Assembly: GCA_964603985.1 (NCBI GenBank)
Contig: CAZRXG010000001.1
Location: 10,178-74,177 of the forward strand
Length of the DNA: 64,000 nt
Source of the DNA: an uncultured Anaerolineae bacterium
Lineage (GTDB): Bacteria; Chloroflexota; Anaerolineae; Aggregatilineales; UBA3940
Reading direction: 5' to 3'
Each line of letters opens with the position of its first letter. Position 1 is the stretch's first letter. A model generated the notes under the pieces. The model was not told the DNA's origin, did no database searches, and saw nothing but the letters and a program-made list of their open reading frames with translations. Positions 1-8,354 of the stretch are shown here, one piece after another. Both the position numbers and the translations under genes were made by a program.

Positions 1-683
1 CAGCCGCGCAGGATGCGCGCGTGCAGGTACAGCAGGTAGGTCAGCCAGGTGACGAGCGCCCAGATCTCCTTCGGGTCCCAGCTCCAGTAGTTGCCCCAGG
101 CGGCCTGGGCCCAGATCGCGCCGCTGAGCATGCCCAGGCTGAGCAGGGGAAAGCCGATCCCCACCGCGCGCCAGGCGTGGCTCTCCAGGTCACCCGGCGT
201 CTCCGGGGTATTGGCATGGGTGTGTGCGCCGCGCACCAGGTACAGCACGCCCAACCCCGTCGCGACCGCAAACGCGCCGTAAGCCAGCGCCAGGCTGGCA
301 ACGTGGATCTGCAGCCAGATGCTTTGCAGGGCCGGTGGCAGAGGCCGGGGAGATCGTGAGGATAACAGAGCATAGCCCACCAACACAAAGACGACCGGCG
401 CGCCCCCTTCGCCGACGGCCCGATCCCCCAGGCTCCACTCCAGGAGCATGGAGACGAGCGCCGCCGCCCAGGCGAAGCACAGCGAGAATTCGTAGCGCCC
501 GGCCAGCGGCCAGTGCCCGGCCTCCACCCCCCTACTGACCAGACTCCCGCTCAGCAGGCCCAGCCCAACCGCCGCCAGCCAGGGGCCGATCCCAGGCCGC
601 CGCCCGCGCAGCGCGAGGTATCCCACCGAGGCTGCCCCGAAGCAGGCCCAGCTCCCAATCGCCAGGATCAATGAGGCTGTCAT
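1..683 (-). CDS. ccsA: Cytochrome c biogenesis protein CcsA/ResC (System II), 5' part; ORF continues beyond the window start
   Basis: The third reverse frame is open from the ATG at 683 to the window edge, so it is absent from the ORF track. My translation starts MTASLILAIGSWACFGAASVGYLALRG and ends ...AIWAQAAWGNYWSWDPKEIWALVTWLTYLLYLHARILRG. That end carries the Trp-rich WGxYWxWDPKE heme-handling motif of CcsA. The ATG overlaps the resB stop (ATGA at 680-683). Confidence 0.85.
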   Translation of the reverse strand, partial: MTASLILAIGSWACFGAASVGYLALRGRRPGIGPWLAAVGLGLLSGSLVSRGVEAGHWPLAGRYEFSLCFAWAAALVSMLLEWSLGDRAVGEGGAPVVFVLVGYALLSSRSPRPLPPALQSIWLQIHVASLALAYGAFAVATGLGVLYLVRGAHTHANTPETPGDLESHAWRAVGIGFPLLSLGMLSGAIWAQAAWGNYWSWDPKEIWALVTWLTYLLYLHARILRG

Positions 684-1774
684 GGTAAGTCACCCCCCAG
701 GAGCGACTGCTCCAGGCGCTGCGCCGCTCGCCCGAAGCGCCGCGCAAAGCCGGGCTCCAGCCTGTTGGTGGTGCCCGCCATCCTGATAGCCCCGTCGGCG
801 TCGACGTGCACCCAGATCTGGTTGTGGGGGACGTAAAATGCCAGCATCAGTCCCACCAGGAGCGACAGCCCCGAAGCCACGGCCAGGGGGAAGCTTGGGT
901 CGTGCACGATCGTCAGCGTGACGGTGGGGCCAACTGCCGGGTCCCCCATGCCGCTGACCGAGTGCAGGTACAGCTTGGTGCTGCGATAGCGGAGCGGGTG
1001 GTTGACGCGCACCACCGCGTGTCCAGTCTCTCGCTCCCCCTCCAGCACGGTCACGGAGGCGCGGTAATCTCTGGGAGCGCCGTCCGGGTAGGCTTCTGCC
1101 TCAAAGCCGTCGTTGCGCAGTGCGAAGGTTGCGCTGTGGGCAACCGGAACCACCTCGCCGGGGGGCAGGCTGAGCGCCTCGACGCGCCAGGAGAGCGCCC
1201 CGCGCGCAGTAATCGCTGCCAGCAGCAGTAACAGTCCAACGTGGACGAACAGCGTCCCCAGCAGCCCAAAGCGGCCCCGCTCGGCGTAGAGGCGTACCAT
1301 GCCGCCGCCTTGCGCGTTGACGGGGCGCGCCGCGAAGCCGCTCCGTCGCAGCGCGCGGCGGGTGGTCTCCACCCCGGCCTCCTGCGATGCCGCTCCGAAC
1401 TGCGCCTGCTGCGGCAGCCGCCCAAACAACCTCTCGGAGATTTGCGTTCGCGGCCGGGCGAAAGCCTGCCACCTGGCCCCGATCCGGTTCAGCGTGCAGA
1501 CCAGCGTGCTGAGCGCCACCAGCCCCAGGGGGACATAGAACCAGACCGAGTGGAACACGTCGAACAGGCCCAGCGCACGGTAGAGGGCCGCCCGCGCGCC
1601 GAGTTTGTCGGCGGCGCGCGTCAGCCAGTCAGAGCGCAGAGCGGGGTCTGCGCGCGCGCCCGGCGGCATCTGAGGAAAAAGACTCCCCAGCAGGCAGACG
1701 ATCCCCAGCGCCACCAGCAGCCACACGGCCACCCGCATGCGTGTAAGAAGGGTCCACAGGCGCTTCAAAAGCAT
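680..1774 (-). CDS. resB: Cytochrome c biogenesis protein ResB/Ccs1 family (short, 364 aa)
   Basis: The N-terminus MLLKRLWTLLTRMRVAVWLLVALGIVCLLGSLFPQ is typical of ResB. There are further TM segments and a large extracytoplasmic loop. The gene is directly coupled to ccsA by a 4-nt overlap. Confidence 0.8.
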   Translation of the reverse strand: MLLKRLWTLLTRMRVAVWLLVALGIVCLLGSLFPQMPPGARADPALRSDWLTRAADKLGARAALYRALGLFDVFHSVWFYVPLGLVALSTLVCTLNRIGARWQAFARPRTQISERLFGRLPQQAQFGAASQEAGVETTRRALRRSGFAARPVNAQGGGMVRLYAERGRFGLLGTLFVHVGLLLLLAAITARGALSWRVEALSLPPGEVVPVAHSATFALRNDGFEAEAYPDGAPRDYRASVTVLEGERETGHAVVRVNHPLRYRSTKLYLHSVSGMGDPAVGPTVTLTIVHDPSFPLAVASGLSLLVGLMLAFYVPHNQIWVHVDADGAIRMAGTTNRLEPGFARRFGRAAQRLEQSLLGGDLP

Positions 1775-1998
1775 GTCCCCGATCTCCCGGTTTACTGGCG
1801 TTCTCTTGCGTCAAACAAGGGGGCGCGCGGCAGGGCTTCCCCCGTCGCAGCCCATCGCCGGACACATCCCCCTATCAAATGCCGTTTTAACCTTATTTTA
1901 GCACAAGATTAGGCACCTCCGGCCTGTGAACGGATGGGCACAGCGGCTAAAATGGCAGCGCTGAGCCGAACCGGCTGATCCGGTATGGGAGAGACTCG

Positions 1999-2601
1999 AT
2001 GCCTGCTTCCGCGCCTCAAGCGGCCAGAGAGGATTCAGACCGCGTTATCGTGTTGGGGGATGCCGCCCAGAGCGGAGTGTACCTCCTGCGCATCGCGGTG
2101 CACGAAGCGCTGGCGGTGGCTTTCGGGCGCTTCAGGCAGGGCCAGGTGATCGACGTACCTCCTGGGGAGTACGTCTACGTCGGCTCGGCGATGGCGGCCA
2201 GAGGCGCGGTGTCGCTGGCGCGGCGGCTGGTGCGCCACGCTACGCGAAGCGGTGACAGGAATCCGCATCCCATCCGGGTGGAGATGATCGAGGTCTTCGA
2301 GCAAATAGGCCTGGGGGAGGGCAGCCTGCTGCCCCGGCGTGCGAAGAAGCTCTTCTGGAACGTCGACTATATGCTGGATGCGGACGCGGTTGAGCTGAAG
2401 GGGATCATCGCCGTCCGGAGTCACGCGCCGCTGGAGGCGCAGTTGGGACAGTTGCTGGAGGATGATCCGCGCACGTTTGTGCTTGAGCGAGGGCTTGGCG
2501 CGCACGACACACCCGGCCGTACCCATATCCTGGGAGTGCAGGGGGGCGACCGGTGGTGGGCCGATCTGCTGGAGAGGGTCAGGGGCCTGGCTGCATTGTA
2601 G
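1999..2601 (+). CDS. DUF123 (GIY-YIG/Uri-like nuclease superfamily) domain protein, divergent
   Basis: The pattern GVYLLRI / GEYVYVGSA / RLVRH / LFWNVDYML / LGAHDTPGRTHIL parallels the DUF123 motifs as I remember them (G.Y.L, G.Y.YVGSA, RHl, WHIDYL, FG.SDC.C.SHL). GGGAGAG lies upstream of the ATG. Confidence 0.55.
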   Translation: MPASAPQAAREDSDRVIVLGDAAQSGVYLLRIAVHEALAVAFGRFRQGQVIDVPPGEYVYVGSAMAARGAVSLARRLVRHATRSGDRNPHPIRVEMIEVFEQIGLGEGSLLPRRAKKLFWNVDYMLDADAVELKGIIAVRSHAPLEAQLGQLLEDDPRTFVLERGLGAHDTPGRTHILGVQGGDRWWADLLERVRGLAAL

Positions 2602-2611
2602 ACGCACCAAA

Positions 2612-2640
2612 AAGCCCCAGACACAGGGCCCGGGGCTTTG
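2612..2640. terminator. Hairpin between convergent genes (possible bidirectional terminator)
   Basis: AAGCCCC (2612-2618) pairs with GGGGCTT (2632-2638). An A-run lies upstream and TTTG downstream. The hairpin sits between the DUF123 stop and the feoB stop. Confidence 0.45.
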
Positions 2641-2659
2641 CCGCGCGTTTAAGGTGCTC

Positions 2660-4093
2660 TCACACCAAATTGAACAACCGCGCGACGCCGGTCACCAGGA
2701 AGGTGGTCGCGAGGCCCATCACGACCGGCAGCAGGGTGGCAACCGTCGTCCACTTGAGGCTCTTGGTCTCCTGGTAGATGGTCAGGATGGTGGTGCTGCA
2801 CGGATTGTGCAGCAGACTGAAGAGCATCAGGTTAAGGCCGGTCAGCACCGTCCAGCCGCCCATCCCGATCAGTACGTTGGCCGTCTCGTTGAGCGTGTCA
2901 AACTCGACCATCACGCCCGGCGCACCGGCACTTCCGGCGATGGTCATGGTCAGCATCAGGACGGTCGGGATGACGATCTCGTTGGCCGGGATGGCGGCGA
3001 TATAGGCCAGCAGGATCACGCCGTTCAGCCCGAAGAAGAGGCCAACCGGGTCGAGCGCGCCGACCAGATGCTCGGCGAGGCTGGCACCACCCAGGTACAC
3101 GTTGCCCAGCAGCCAGATAATCGCGCCTGCCGGGGCCGCCATCACCATTGCCCGCCAAAGCACGATGATGGTGCGGTCGATGACGGAGGTGTAGAGCGTC
3201 TGCAGGATGCGCGGCGGGCGGTAGGGGGGAAGCTCAAGGCTGAACGTGGACGCCTCTCCCTTGAGCAGGGTCCTGGAGAGCGCCCACGACACGCCGAAGG
3301 TCATCAGGACGCCCAACACGGCGATCCCCAGCACAGCCAGCATCGAGGCCAAACCGGACAGTGCAGCCGGGACCAGCGCGCCAACGAAGATGGTGGCGAT
3401 CATGATCTGGGTCGGCCAGCGACCGTTGCACAGCGCGAAGTTGTTGGTGATGATGGCGATCAGGCGCTCGCGCGGGCTGTCGATGACGCGTGTGGCGACC
3501 ACTCCGGCGGCGTTGCAGCCGAAGCCCATTGCCATCGTCAGGGCCTGCTTGCCGTGCGCGCCAGCTTTGGCGAAGGCCCGGTCCAGGTTGAAGGCAATGC
3601 GGGGCAGGTAGCCGAAGTCTTCCAGCAGTGTGAACAGCGGGAAGAAGATCGCCATCGGGGGGAGCATCACGCTCACCACCCAGGCCAGCGCCAGGTAGAC
3701 GCCGTCGATCAGGAAGCCCGCCAGCCACCAGGGAGCCGACAGTGCCGCAAACACACTGTGCAGCGCGTTGTAAAGAGTGTCGAGCAGCAGGGTAGCCAGC
3801 AGCTGCGAGGGATAGTTGGCCCCGGTGATGGTGAGCCAGAGCACCATGCCCAGCATCAGGATCATGATCGGGAAGCCCCACACGCGGCTGGTCAGGAGCC
3901 GGTCGAGGGTGCGATCCAGGTCTATGCCGCTGCGCTCACCCTGGCGCGTCACGACGCGGTCGGCAATACCGGCAGCATCGGCGAAGATGGCCTCAATAAC
4001 CCGGTCGTGGTGGTTTCCTGCCCGACCGCGTAACGAAGCTGCCAGTTCTAGAACGTCTTCGGGGGTGGTGGCAGTCGTTGTCGGCTGGCTCAT
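2660..4093 (-). CDS. feoB: Ferrous iron transporter FeoB, membrane (permease) half
   Basis: 477 aa and polytopic. The sequence [27 protein letters not shown] matches the start of the FeoB membrane domain, followed by gate-motif-like repeats. The ATG overlaps the stop of the G-domain ORF (ATGA, 4090-4093). Confidence 0.85.
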   Translation of the reverse strand: MSQPTTTATTPEDVLELAASLRGRAGNHHDRVIEAIFADAAGIADRVVTRQGERSGIDLDRTLDRLLTSRVWGFPIMILMLGMVLWLTITGANYPSQLLATLLLDTLYNALHSVFAALSAPWWLAGFLIDGVYLALAWVVSVMLPPMAIFFPLFTLLEDFGYLPRIAFNLDRAFAKAGAHGKQALTMAMGFGCNAAGVVATRVIDSPRERLIAIITNNFALCNGRWPTQIMIATIFVGALVPAALSGLASMLAVLGIAVLGVLMTFGVSWALSRTLLKGEASTFSLELPPYRPPRILQTLYTSVIDRTIIVLWRAMVMAAPAGAIIWLLGNVYLGGASLAEHLVGALDPVGLFFGLNGVILLAYIAAIPANEIVIPTVLMLTMTIAGSAGAPGVMVEFDTLNETANVLIGMGGWTVLTGLNLMLFSLLHNPCSTTILTIYQETKSLKWTTVATLLPVVMGLATTFLVTGVARLFNLV

Positions 4094-4926
4094 GATGGAC
4101 TTTCCAACAGGATCATGTGCTGGGATTTGGGCGCATGCCCATCGTCCGGGGGCCCGGTGAGATCGGTCAGCTCACGGTGGCGCACGGCCTCGATCATGCG
4201 CTCGTCGCCGTCCAGAAGGCGCAGGGCAACCCAGCGTGCATTGGGCAGGCCGGGGAACACCGCTTCAAGCTGCGCGGCCAACTGGCTGACAGCCGTGTCG
4301 AAGTCCGGGTCGATGATGCGGGCATGGTGTGGTTTGGTGACGACCCTGCCCTCGGCCACTTCGCCGATAGCCTGGACAAGCTCCTGCATCCCCTCGCCCT
4401 CGCGGGCGATGGTCGGGACGACGGGCACGCCCAGCTCGCGCGCGAGGCGGCGGTGGTTGATGTCCAGCTTGTGGCGGTGGGCTTCGTCTATCAGGTTGAG
4501 ACACACGACAACCCTGTCCGTGATCTCCAGGATTTGCAGGACCAGGTTGAGGTTGCGCTCCAGCCGGGTCGCGTCAACGACCACGACGGTCACGTCCGGC
4601 TGGCCGAAGAGAATGAAGTTCCGCGCGATCTCCTCGTCCTCGCTGGTTGAAAGCAGCGAGTAAGTGCCGGGCAGGTCGATAAGCTTATATCGCTTGTCCC
4701 CGTAGGCGAAGCTGCCTTCGGCGCGGGTGACGGTCTTGCCCGGCCAGTTGCCGGTGTGCTGGCGCAGGCCGGTCAGCGCGTTAAAAACGGTGCTCTTGCC
4801 GGTGTTCGGGTTGCCTGCCAGCGCGATAACGTAGTCGAACTTGCCGGCTTTAACGCCCATCTGGACAAGCTGCGCGTGCGGGCAGCCTGCACAGCCTCCA
4901 TGAGGCAGGTTGGGTGCGTTGCTCAT
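4090..4926 (-). CDS. feoB: Ferrous iron transporter FeoB, N-terminal GTPase plus helical domain half
   Basis: G1 is [10 protein letters not shown]3 is DLPG and G4 is NLID. The ORF is 278 aa. It has an N-terminal extension [19 protein letters not shown] carrying a CxxC. It overlaps the feoA stop by 4 nt. Confidence 0.85.
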   Translation of the reverse strand: MSNAPNLPHGGCAGCPHAQLVQMGVKAGKFDYVIALAGNPNTGKSTVFNALTGLRQHTGNWPGKTVTRAEGSFAYGDKRYKLIDLPGTYSLLSTSEDEEIARNFILFGQPDVTVVVVDATRLERNLNLVLQILEITDRVVVCLNLIDEAHRHKLDINHRRLARELGVPVVPTIAREGEGMQELVQAIGEVAEGRVVTKPHHARIIDPDFDTAVSQLAAQLEAVFPGLPNARWVALRLLDGDERMIEAVRHRELTDLTGPPDDGHAPKSQHMILLESPS

Positions 4927-5204
4927 ATTGTCGCTTCCTTGTGTTCAGGTTTGATGCGGATCAGGCGGGCCTGATCGCGGCGCAGGGCGATGACCGATCC
5001 TCGGATGCGGTATGCGGTCGGGTCGCCCAGCGGACTGTCCATCTCCACGACGACGCGGGTGCCGGGCAGCAAGCCCAGGTCCATGAGGCGGCGGCGCTGA
5101 AGACCGTCCACCTCCAGGTCGGTGACGACCCCCGCCTCGCCGGGTTGAAGGTCGCAGAGAGAGCGTGTTTCTTGTGTATCGGTTACGGTTCTGGAAGTCC
5201 CCAT
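4923..5204 (-). CDS. feoA: FeoA family protein
   Basis: 93 aa. [18 protein letters not shown]...[48 protein letters not shown] is a typical FeoA SH3-like domain. It is the first gene of the feo operon. Confidence 0.85.
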   Translation of the reverse strand: MGTSRTVTDTQETRSLCDLQPGEAGVVTDLEVDGLQRRRLMDLGLLPGTRVVVEMDSPLGDPTAYRIRGSVIALRRDQARLIRIKPEHKEATI

Positions 5205-5229
5205 AGAGTTTTGGTCACCATCCGTTCAA

Positions 5230-5249
5230 AATTTAGTTACACCTAAATT
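5230..5249 (-). promoter_or_regulatory. 20-bp palindrome (AATTTAG-N6-CTAAATT); candidate metalloregulator operator of the feo operon
   Basis: Perfect 7-nt arms at 5230-5236 and 5243-5249. The palindrome overlaps the -10 box and the predicted transcription start of the feoA promoter. It is an AT-rich patch in a GC-rich genome. Confidence 0.45.
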
Positions 5250-5275
5250 ATAGTTGAGGAGAAGCATGTTGTCAA
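5247..5275 (-). promoter_or_regulatory. Sigma-70-type promoter of feoA-feoB (TTGACA-N17-TATAAT)
   Basis: The reverse strand reads TTGACA (5275-5270), a 17-nt spacer, then TATAAT (5252-5247). Both hexamers are full consensus. The promoter lies about 45 nt upstream of the feoA ATG. Confidence 0.7.
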
Positions 5276-5293
5276 GTGTCATGGCAACAAAAA

Positions 5294-5314
5294 AGCGACC
5301 CGCACAGGGTCGCT
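5294..5314 (-). terminator. Intrinsic terminator downstream of the SWIM gene
   Basis: AGCGACCC (5294-5301) pairs with GGGTCGCT (5307-5314). On the reverse strand the stem is followed by TTTTTTGTTG. The plus side also has TTTCTTT, so it may be bidirectional. Confidence 0.6.
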
Positions 5315-5335
5315 TTCTTTGTATATGGGTAGGAG

Positions 5336-5575
5336 TTAGCTTACCGGTTCGGGGATCATGCCTTCCAGGATGCGTTCCAGGGCCATGGTGTGGCTGCAAA
5401 CCTGGCGTGTCTGGAAGAAGTCACAGTCACATTGCCACTTGCCTTCTGTGAAGTGGACGGTGTGCTGATTGTTTTCTCCCTCAATGGTGACGGTGAACTG
5501 ATTAAATGTAATGCGGTCCCGTTCCTCGGCATAGCGCCGTGCTTTCTCGATCTTACCGATCATGCCATAGTCCAT
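5336..5575 (-). CDS. Small SWIM-type zinc-finger protein
   Basis: 79 aa. WQCDCDFFQTRQVCSHTMAL fits the SWIM CxCxnCxH signature. Confidence 0.7.
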   Translation of the reverse strand: MDYGMIGKIEKARRYAEERDRITFNQFTVTIEGENNQHTVHFTEGKWQCDCDFFQTRQVCSHTMALERILEGMIPEPVS

Positions 5576-5641
5576 ACTTTGGTATCTCCTTCGTAGGTCT
5601 AATAAGGCACGAGGCCAGTCAGCGAACGGTCAATAAGCACA

Positions 5642-5671
5642 AAGCACGCAGGCTATCCATCCTGCGTGCTT
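5642..5671 (-). terminator. Hairpin downstream of the DMT transporter gene
   Basis: AAGCACGCAGG (5642-5652) pairs with CCTGCGTGCTT (5661-5671), an 11-bp stem. It lies about 150 nt past the stop at 5822. The U-tract is only moderate. Confidence 0.45.
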
Positions 5672-5821
5672 ACTGTGTGCCAGACATCACTATGTGTGTA
5701 ACTCTGCTCATACTGGCAGTATAGGCCAAAGGCGATGTGGAGTCAACCTTGGCCCCCTGCCGGTAGCCTACGCCTGCCATACGATTTCCCGTATGGCCCC
5801 CCGCAACCGGCGCAGGCGGGA

Positions 5822-6760
5822 TCAGGGGGCCAGCTCGGAGGGGGCCTTCGCCGCGACGCTCGTGCGGGCGGGCCTGCGATTCACCAGCGCGATCCCCGCC
5901 ACGATCAGGGCGAAGCCTGCCAGCAAGTGCCGGTTCAGAGGCTCGTCCAGGATCAACGCGCCCAGCGCGACGCCAAACACGGGAACGACGTAGGTGACGA
6001 GCGTGGCCCGGGTGGCCCCCCAGGCTCGCAGAATGTAGAAATACAAAAGATAAGCCAGGCACGTGCCCAGCAAGCCCAGCCACAGCAGAGCAAAAACGCT
6101 CTTCCCACTCATCGCGAGCCGGATGGGGGTCTCGAACAGCAGGGTGCCGAGCAGGGCGAACAGGAAAGCGCCGCTGACCTGGAAGGCGGCCAGGATCATC
6201 GGCTCGAAGCCGCGCAGCCACCTGCGGATGAGCACCGCCGACAGCGCGTAGCAGAACGCCGCCGCCACGACGGCCAGTTGCCCCCGCACGACCGGCCAGT
6301 CCAGGTTGCCGCCCGTGCCGGGCAGAAGCCCCCGCAAATCACGGCTGAAGATCAGCGCCACACCCACAAACCCGGTCACCAGCCCGCCCAACCGCAGCCA
6401 GGTGAAGCGCTCGTCCTGGAGCAGGAAGTGGGCGATCACCAGTGAGAAGAGAGGCACGCTGGAATTGAGCACCGAGGCCACGCCGCTCTCGATGGTCGTC
6501 TCGCCCCAGGTGATCAGCACAAAGGGCAGGGTTATGTTCAGAAATCCCATCCCCATAGCCAGGAGGATGGTGCCCGGTTCGCGGGGGAGGCGCGGCCTCG
6601 AAAGCCCCAGGATCACCCACAGACCGGCGGCGGCCAGCCCCAGCCGGACGGTGACCAGCGTGAAGGGTGTCAGGTCGCCAACGGCGATCTTGATGAACAG
6701 GAAGGACGCCCCCCATATCGCGCTGAGCAGACTGAACGCGCCCCATTCTTTGGACTTCAT
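5822..6760 (-). CDS. EamA/DMT superfamily transporter
   Basis: 312 aa with about ten hydrophobic segments. The N-terminus MKSKEWGAFSLLSAIWGASFLFIKIAV is typical of EamA-domain proteins. Confidence 0.8.
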   Translation of the reverse strand: MKSKEWGAFSLLSAIWGASFLFIKIAVGDLTPFTLVTVRLGLAAAGLWVILGLSRPRLPREPGTILLAMGMGFLNITLPFVLITWGETTIESGVASVLNSSVPLFSLVIAHFLLQDERFTWLRLGGLVTGFVGVALIFSRDLRGLLPGTGGNLDWPVVRGQLAVVAAAFCYALSAVLIRRWLRGFEPMILAAFQVSGAFLFALLGTLLFETPIRLAMSGKSVFALLWLGLLGTCLAYLLYFYILRAWGATRATLVTYVVPVFGVALGALILDEPLNRHLLAGFALIVAGIALVNRRPARTSVAAKAPSELAP

Positions 6761-7036
6761 GCTCCGTTATCTTCTCCTCGGTCGGTGTAAAGCCGGATTA
6801 TACCACTTTGTCAGGGGCGGCGGTTGATTGGGAAGCAGCCGCATACTCCTACGCAGATAGTCTTGGCTCAGGGGATGCGCTTCGACTTTATCTGCGAGCA
6901 TCCCAAAACCAATGGGATAGGTTATGGAAGGCTTGCCAATCAGGCATATATCAGGCGGACTAAGTTGCCGACCGTAGAGTTGTCTCCACCAACTGCTGTT
7001 GTGGCAAGGCCGACGCACAGTATGCTGTTACGGGCA

Positions 7037-7972
7037 TTAGGGTACGAGTTGTTGCGTGGCGAAACTGTATATCCACTGCTTGTCGTTCTCGTCAAGTAAC
7101 GCTAATTCGTCGGGAACATTCCAACTCACGTCACCGAATGTAGGCTTCTCAGATTCCAACAGAAGTGTCTGTTTGAGTTCGGGTAAATCAAGGCGTACCA
7201 CATATGACTCGCCAGACAGAGGGCAGTAGGATGCGAATTGTACATAGACCAGTGCTCGGCTATCTGGCGACCAAGCAATGGGACCTGTGTCAGCTTCTGC
7301 TACTGCCGGGACACGGGCAATTTCGCCATCGTTGATATTCCAGATCACCAGTTCTCGCCCTTGCCACGTTGCTACTTTCCTCCCGTCTGGTGAGCGAAGG
7401 CCTATGCCGAGATACTCCTTGTTCAGGGAAGCCACATCCAGACGGACGATGGGAGGTTCCCAATACCCGCATCCATCGGGGACGCCTTCACGATACCTGG
7501 TATAGTAAAAGTAATGGCCATTCGGCGACCAAAACAGACCAGCCAGCCCGGCAGCGCCCAGACCGCCACAGTATTGTAACTGGTCATCGGCTATTCTCTC
7601 GTCTCCACTGGTAACTTGTACCAATTTGAGTTGCTCGTAAGCGTTCTCATTCACCCCGCCAGTCCTGACACACTCGTAAATGACGATTTCAGCCCGCCAC
7701 TTGCCATCAGGTGAAGGATAAGACTCGTAAAGTCTTGGCTCCTGAATAGCAACGACCGTAGCGGCAATGTCAACTGTCGCGGTAGGTGTTTCCGTGATTC
7801 TTGTCGGAGTGGCTGTCGCTGAGGCCGTTGGTGTCAGAGTGGCGGTCGACGTGGTGGTTGAAGTTGCAACAGGCAGCGGCGTCGCCCTCGCTGGAGGTGT
7901 CGCAACTGACGCAGGCGTGCAGGAAACCAGAAGGAAAGCAAACGGGGCAAGCCAGATAACTCCTGCTTTCAT
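7037..7972 (-). CDS. Lipoprotein with PD40/TolB-like beta-propeller repeats
   Basis: An internal ATG at 7972 gives MKAGVIWLAPFAFLLVSC (signal peptide plus lipobox). A T/A/P-rich linker follows, then repeats SPDGKWRA, WSPNGHYFYY, RSPDGRKVATW and WSPDSRALVYV. The ORF-track start at 8101 adds 43 aa of non-signal sequence. Confidence 0.7.
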   Translation of the reverse strand: MKAGVIWLAPFAFLLVSCTPASVATPPARATPLPVATSTTTSTATLTPTASATATPTRITETPTATVDIAATVVAIQEPRLYESYPSPDGKWRAEIVIYECVRTGGVNENAYEQLKLVQVTSGDERIADDQLQYCGGLGAAGLAGLFWSPNGHYFYYTRYREGVPDGCGYWEPPIVRLDVASLNKEYLGIGLRSPDGRKVATWQGRELVIWNINDGEIARVPAVAEADTGPIAWSPDSRALVYVQFASYCPLSGESYVVRLDLPELKQTLLLESEKPTFGDVSWNVPDELALLDENDKQWIYSFATQQLVP

Positions 7973-8282
7973 CGCGCCATACCACATCAACAGAATTTCA
8001 GCATATGTGGCAAGAGCTTGTACGAGCATCTTTGAGGTTGACGGTAACTTACCCCGGCCACCATAGACACTATAGTTCCAAATGCCCTGCGGGTCAAACA
8101 CATACTGAAGGCCGCGCTTGAGGTTGTTGCTGGCCCTGATCCTGATCTGGCAGGACTTACGCAGTTGGGCGCGAATTGCGCCTTACAAGGGGCTGGAGCC
8201 GCCTTGCCTGAGTGCTGAACCGCGTAACTCCTAACATTATCAAGAGAGAGAACCATCCCCGTTCAGGTAACATTATTTTGAT

Positions 8283-8310
8283 TTGCCAGGCGACAAGTCT
8301 CAACTATAAT
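8283..8310 (+). promoter_or_regulatory. Sigma-70-type promoter (TTGCCA-N16-TATAAT)
   Basis: TTGCCA is at 8283-8288 and TATAAT at 8305-8310, about 45 nt upstream of the ATG at 8355. Confidence 0.5.
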
Positions 8311-8354
8311 GATGAAGATAGACCATATGTTCATATACCTTGGAGTTCGTGATC

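Noticed and set aside
4085-4100. Reading the split feoB as a frameshifted pseudogene.
   Set aside because: The junction is a clean ATGA stop/start overlap in the interdomain linker, the same coupling used at the feoA-feoB junction, and both halves appear complete. A sequencing indel is still the main alternative and is listed as the refutation test.
6767-7099. ORFs 6767-7018 (-) and 6824-7099 (+) in the DMT/beta-propeller intergenic region, considered as possible mobile-element remnants.
   Set aside because: I recognise no transposase, integrase or inverted-repeat signature. They overlap each other and the 3' end of the neighbouring gene. They are left unannotated.
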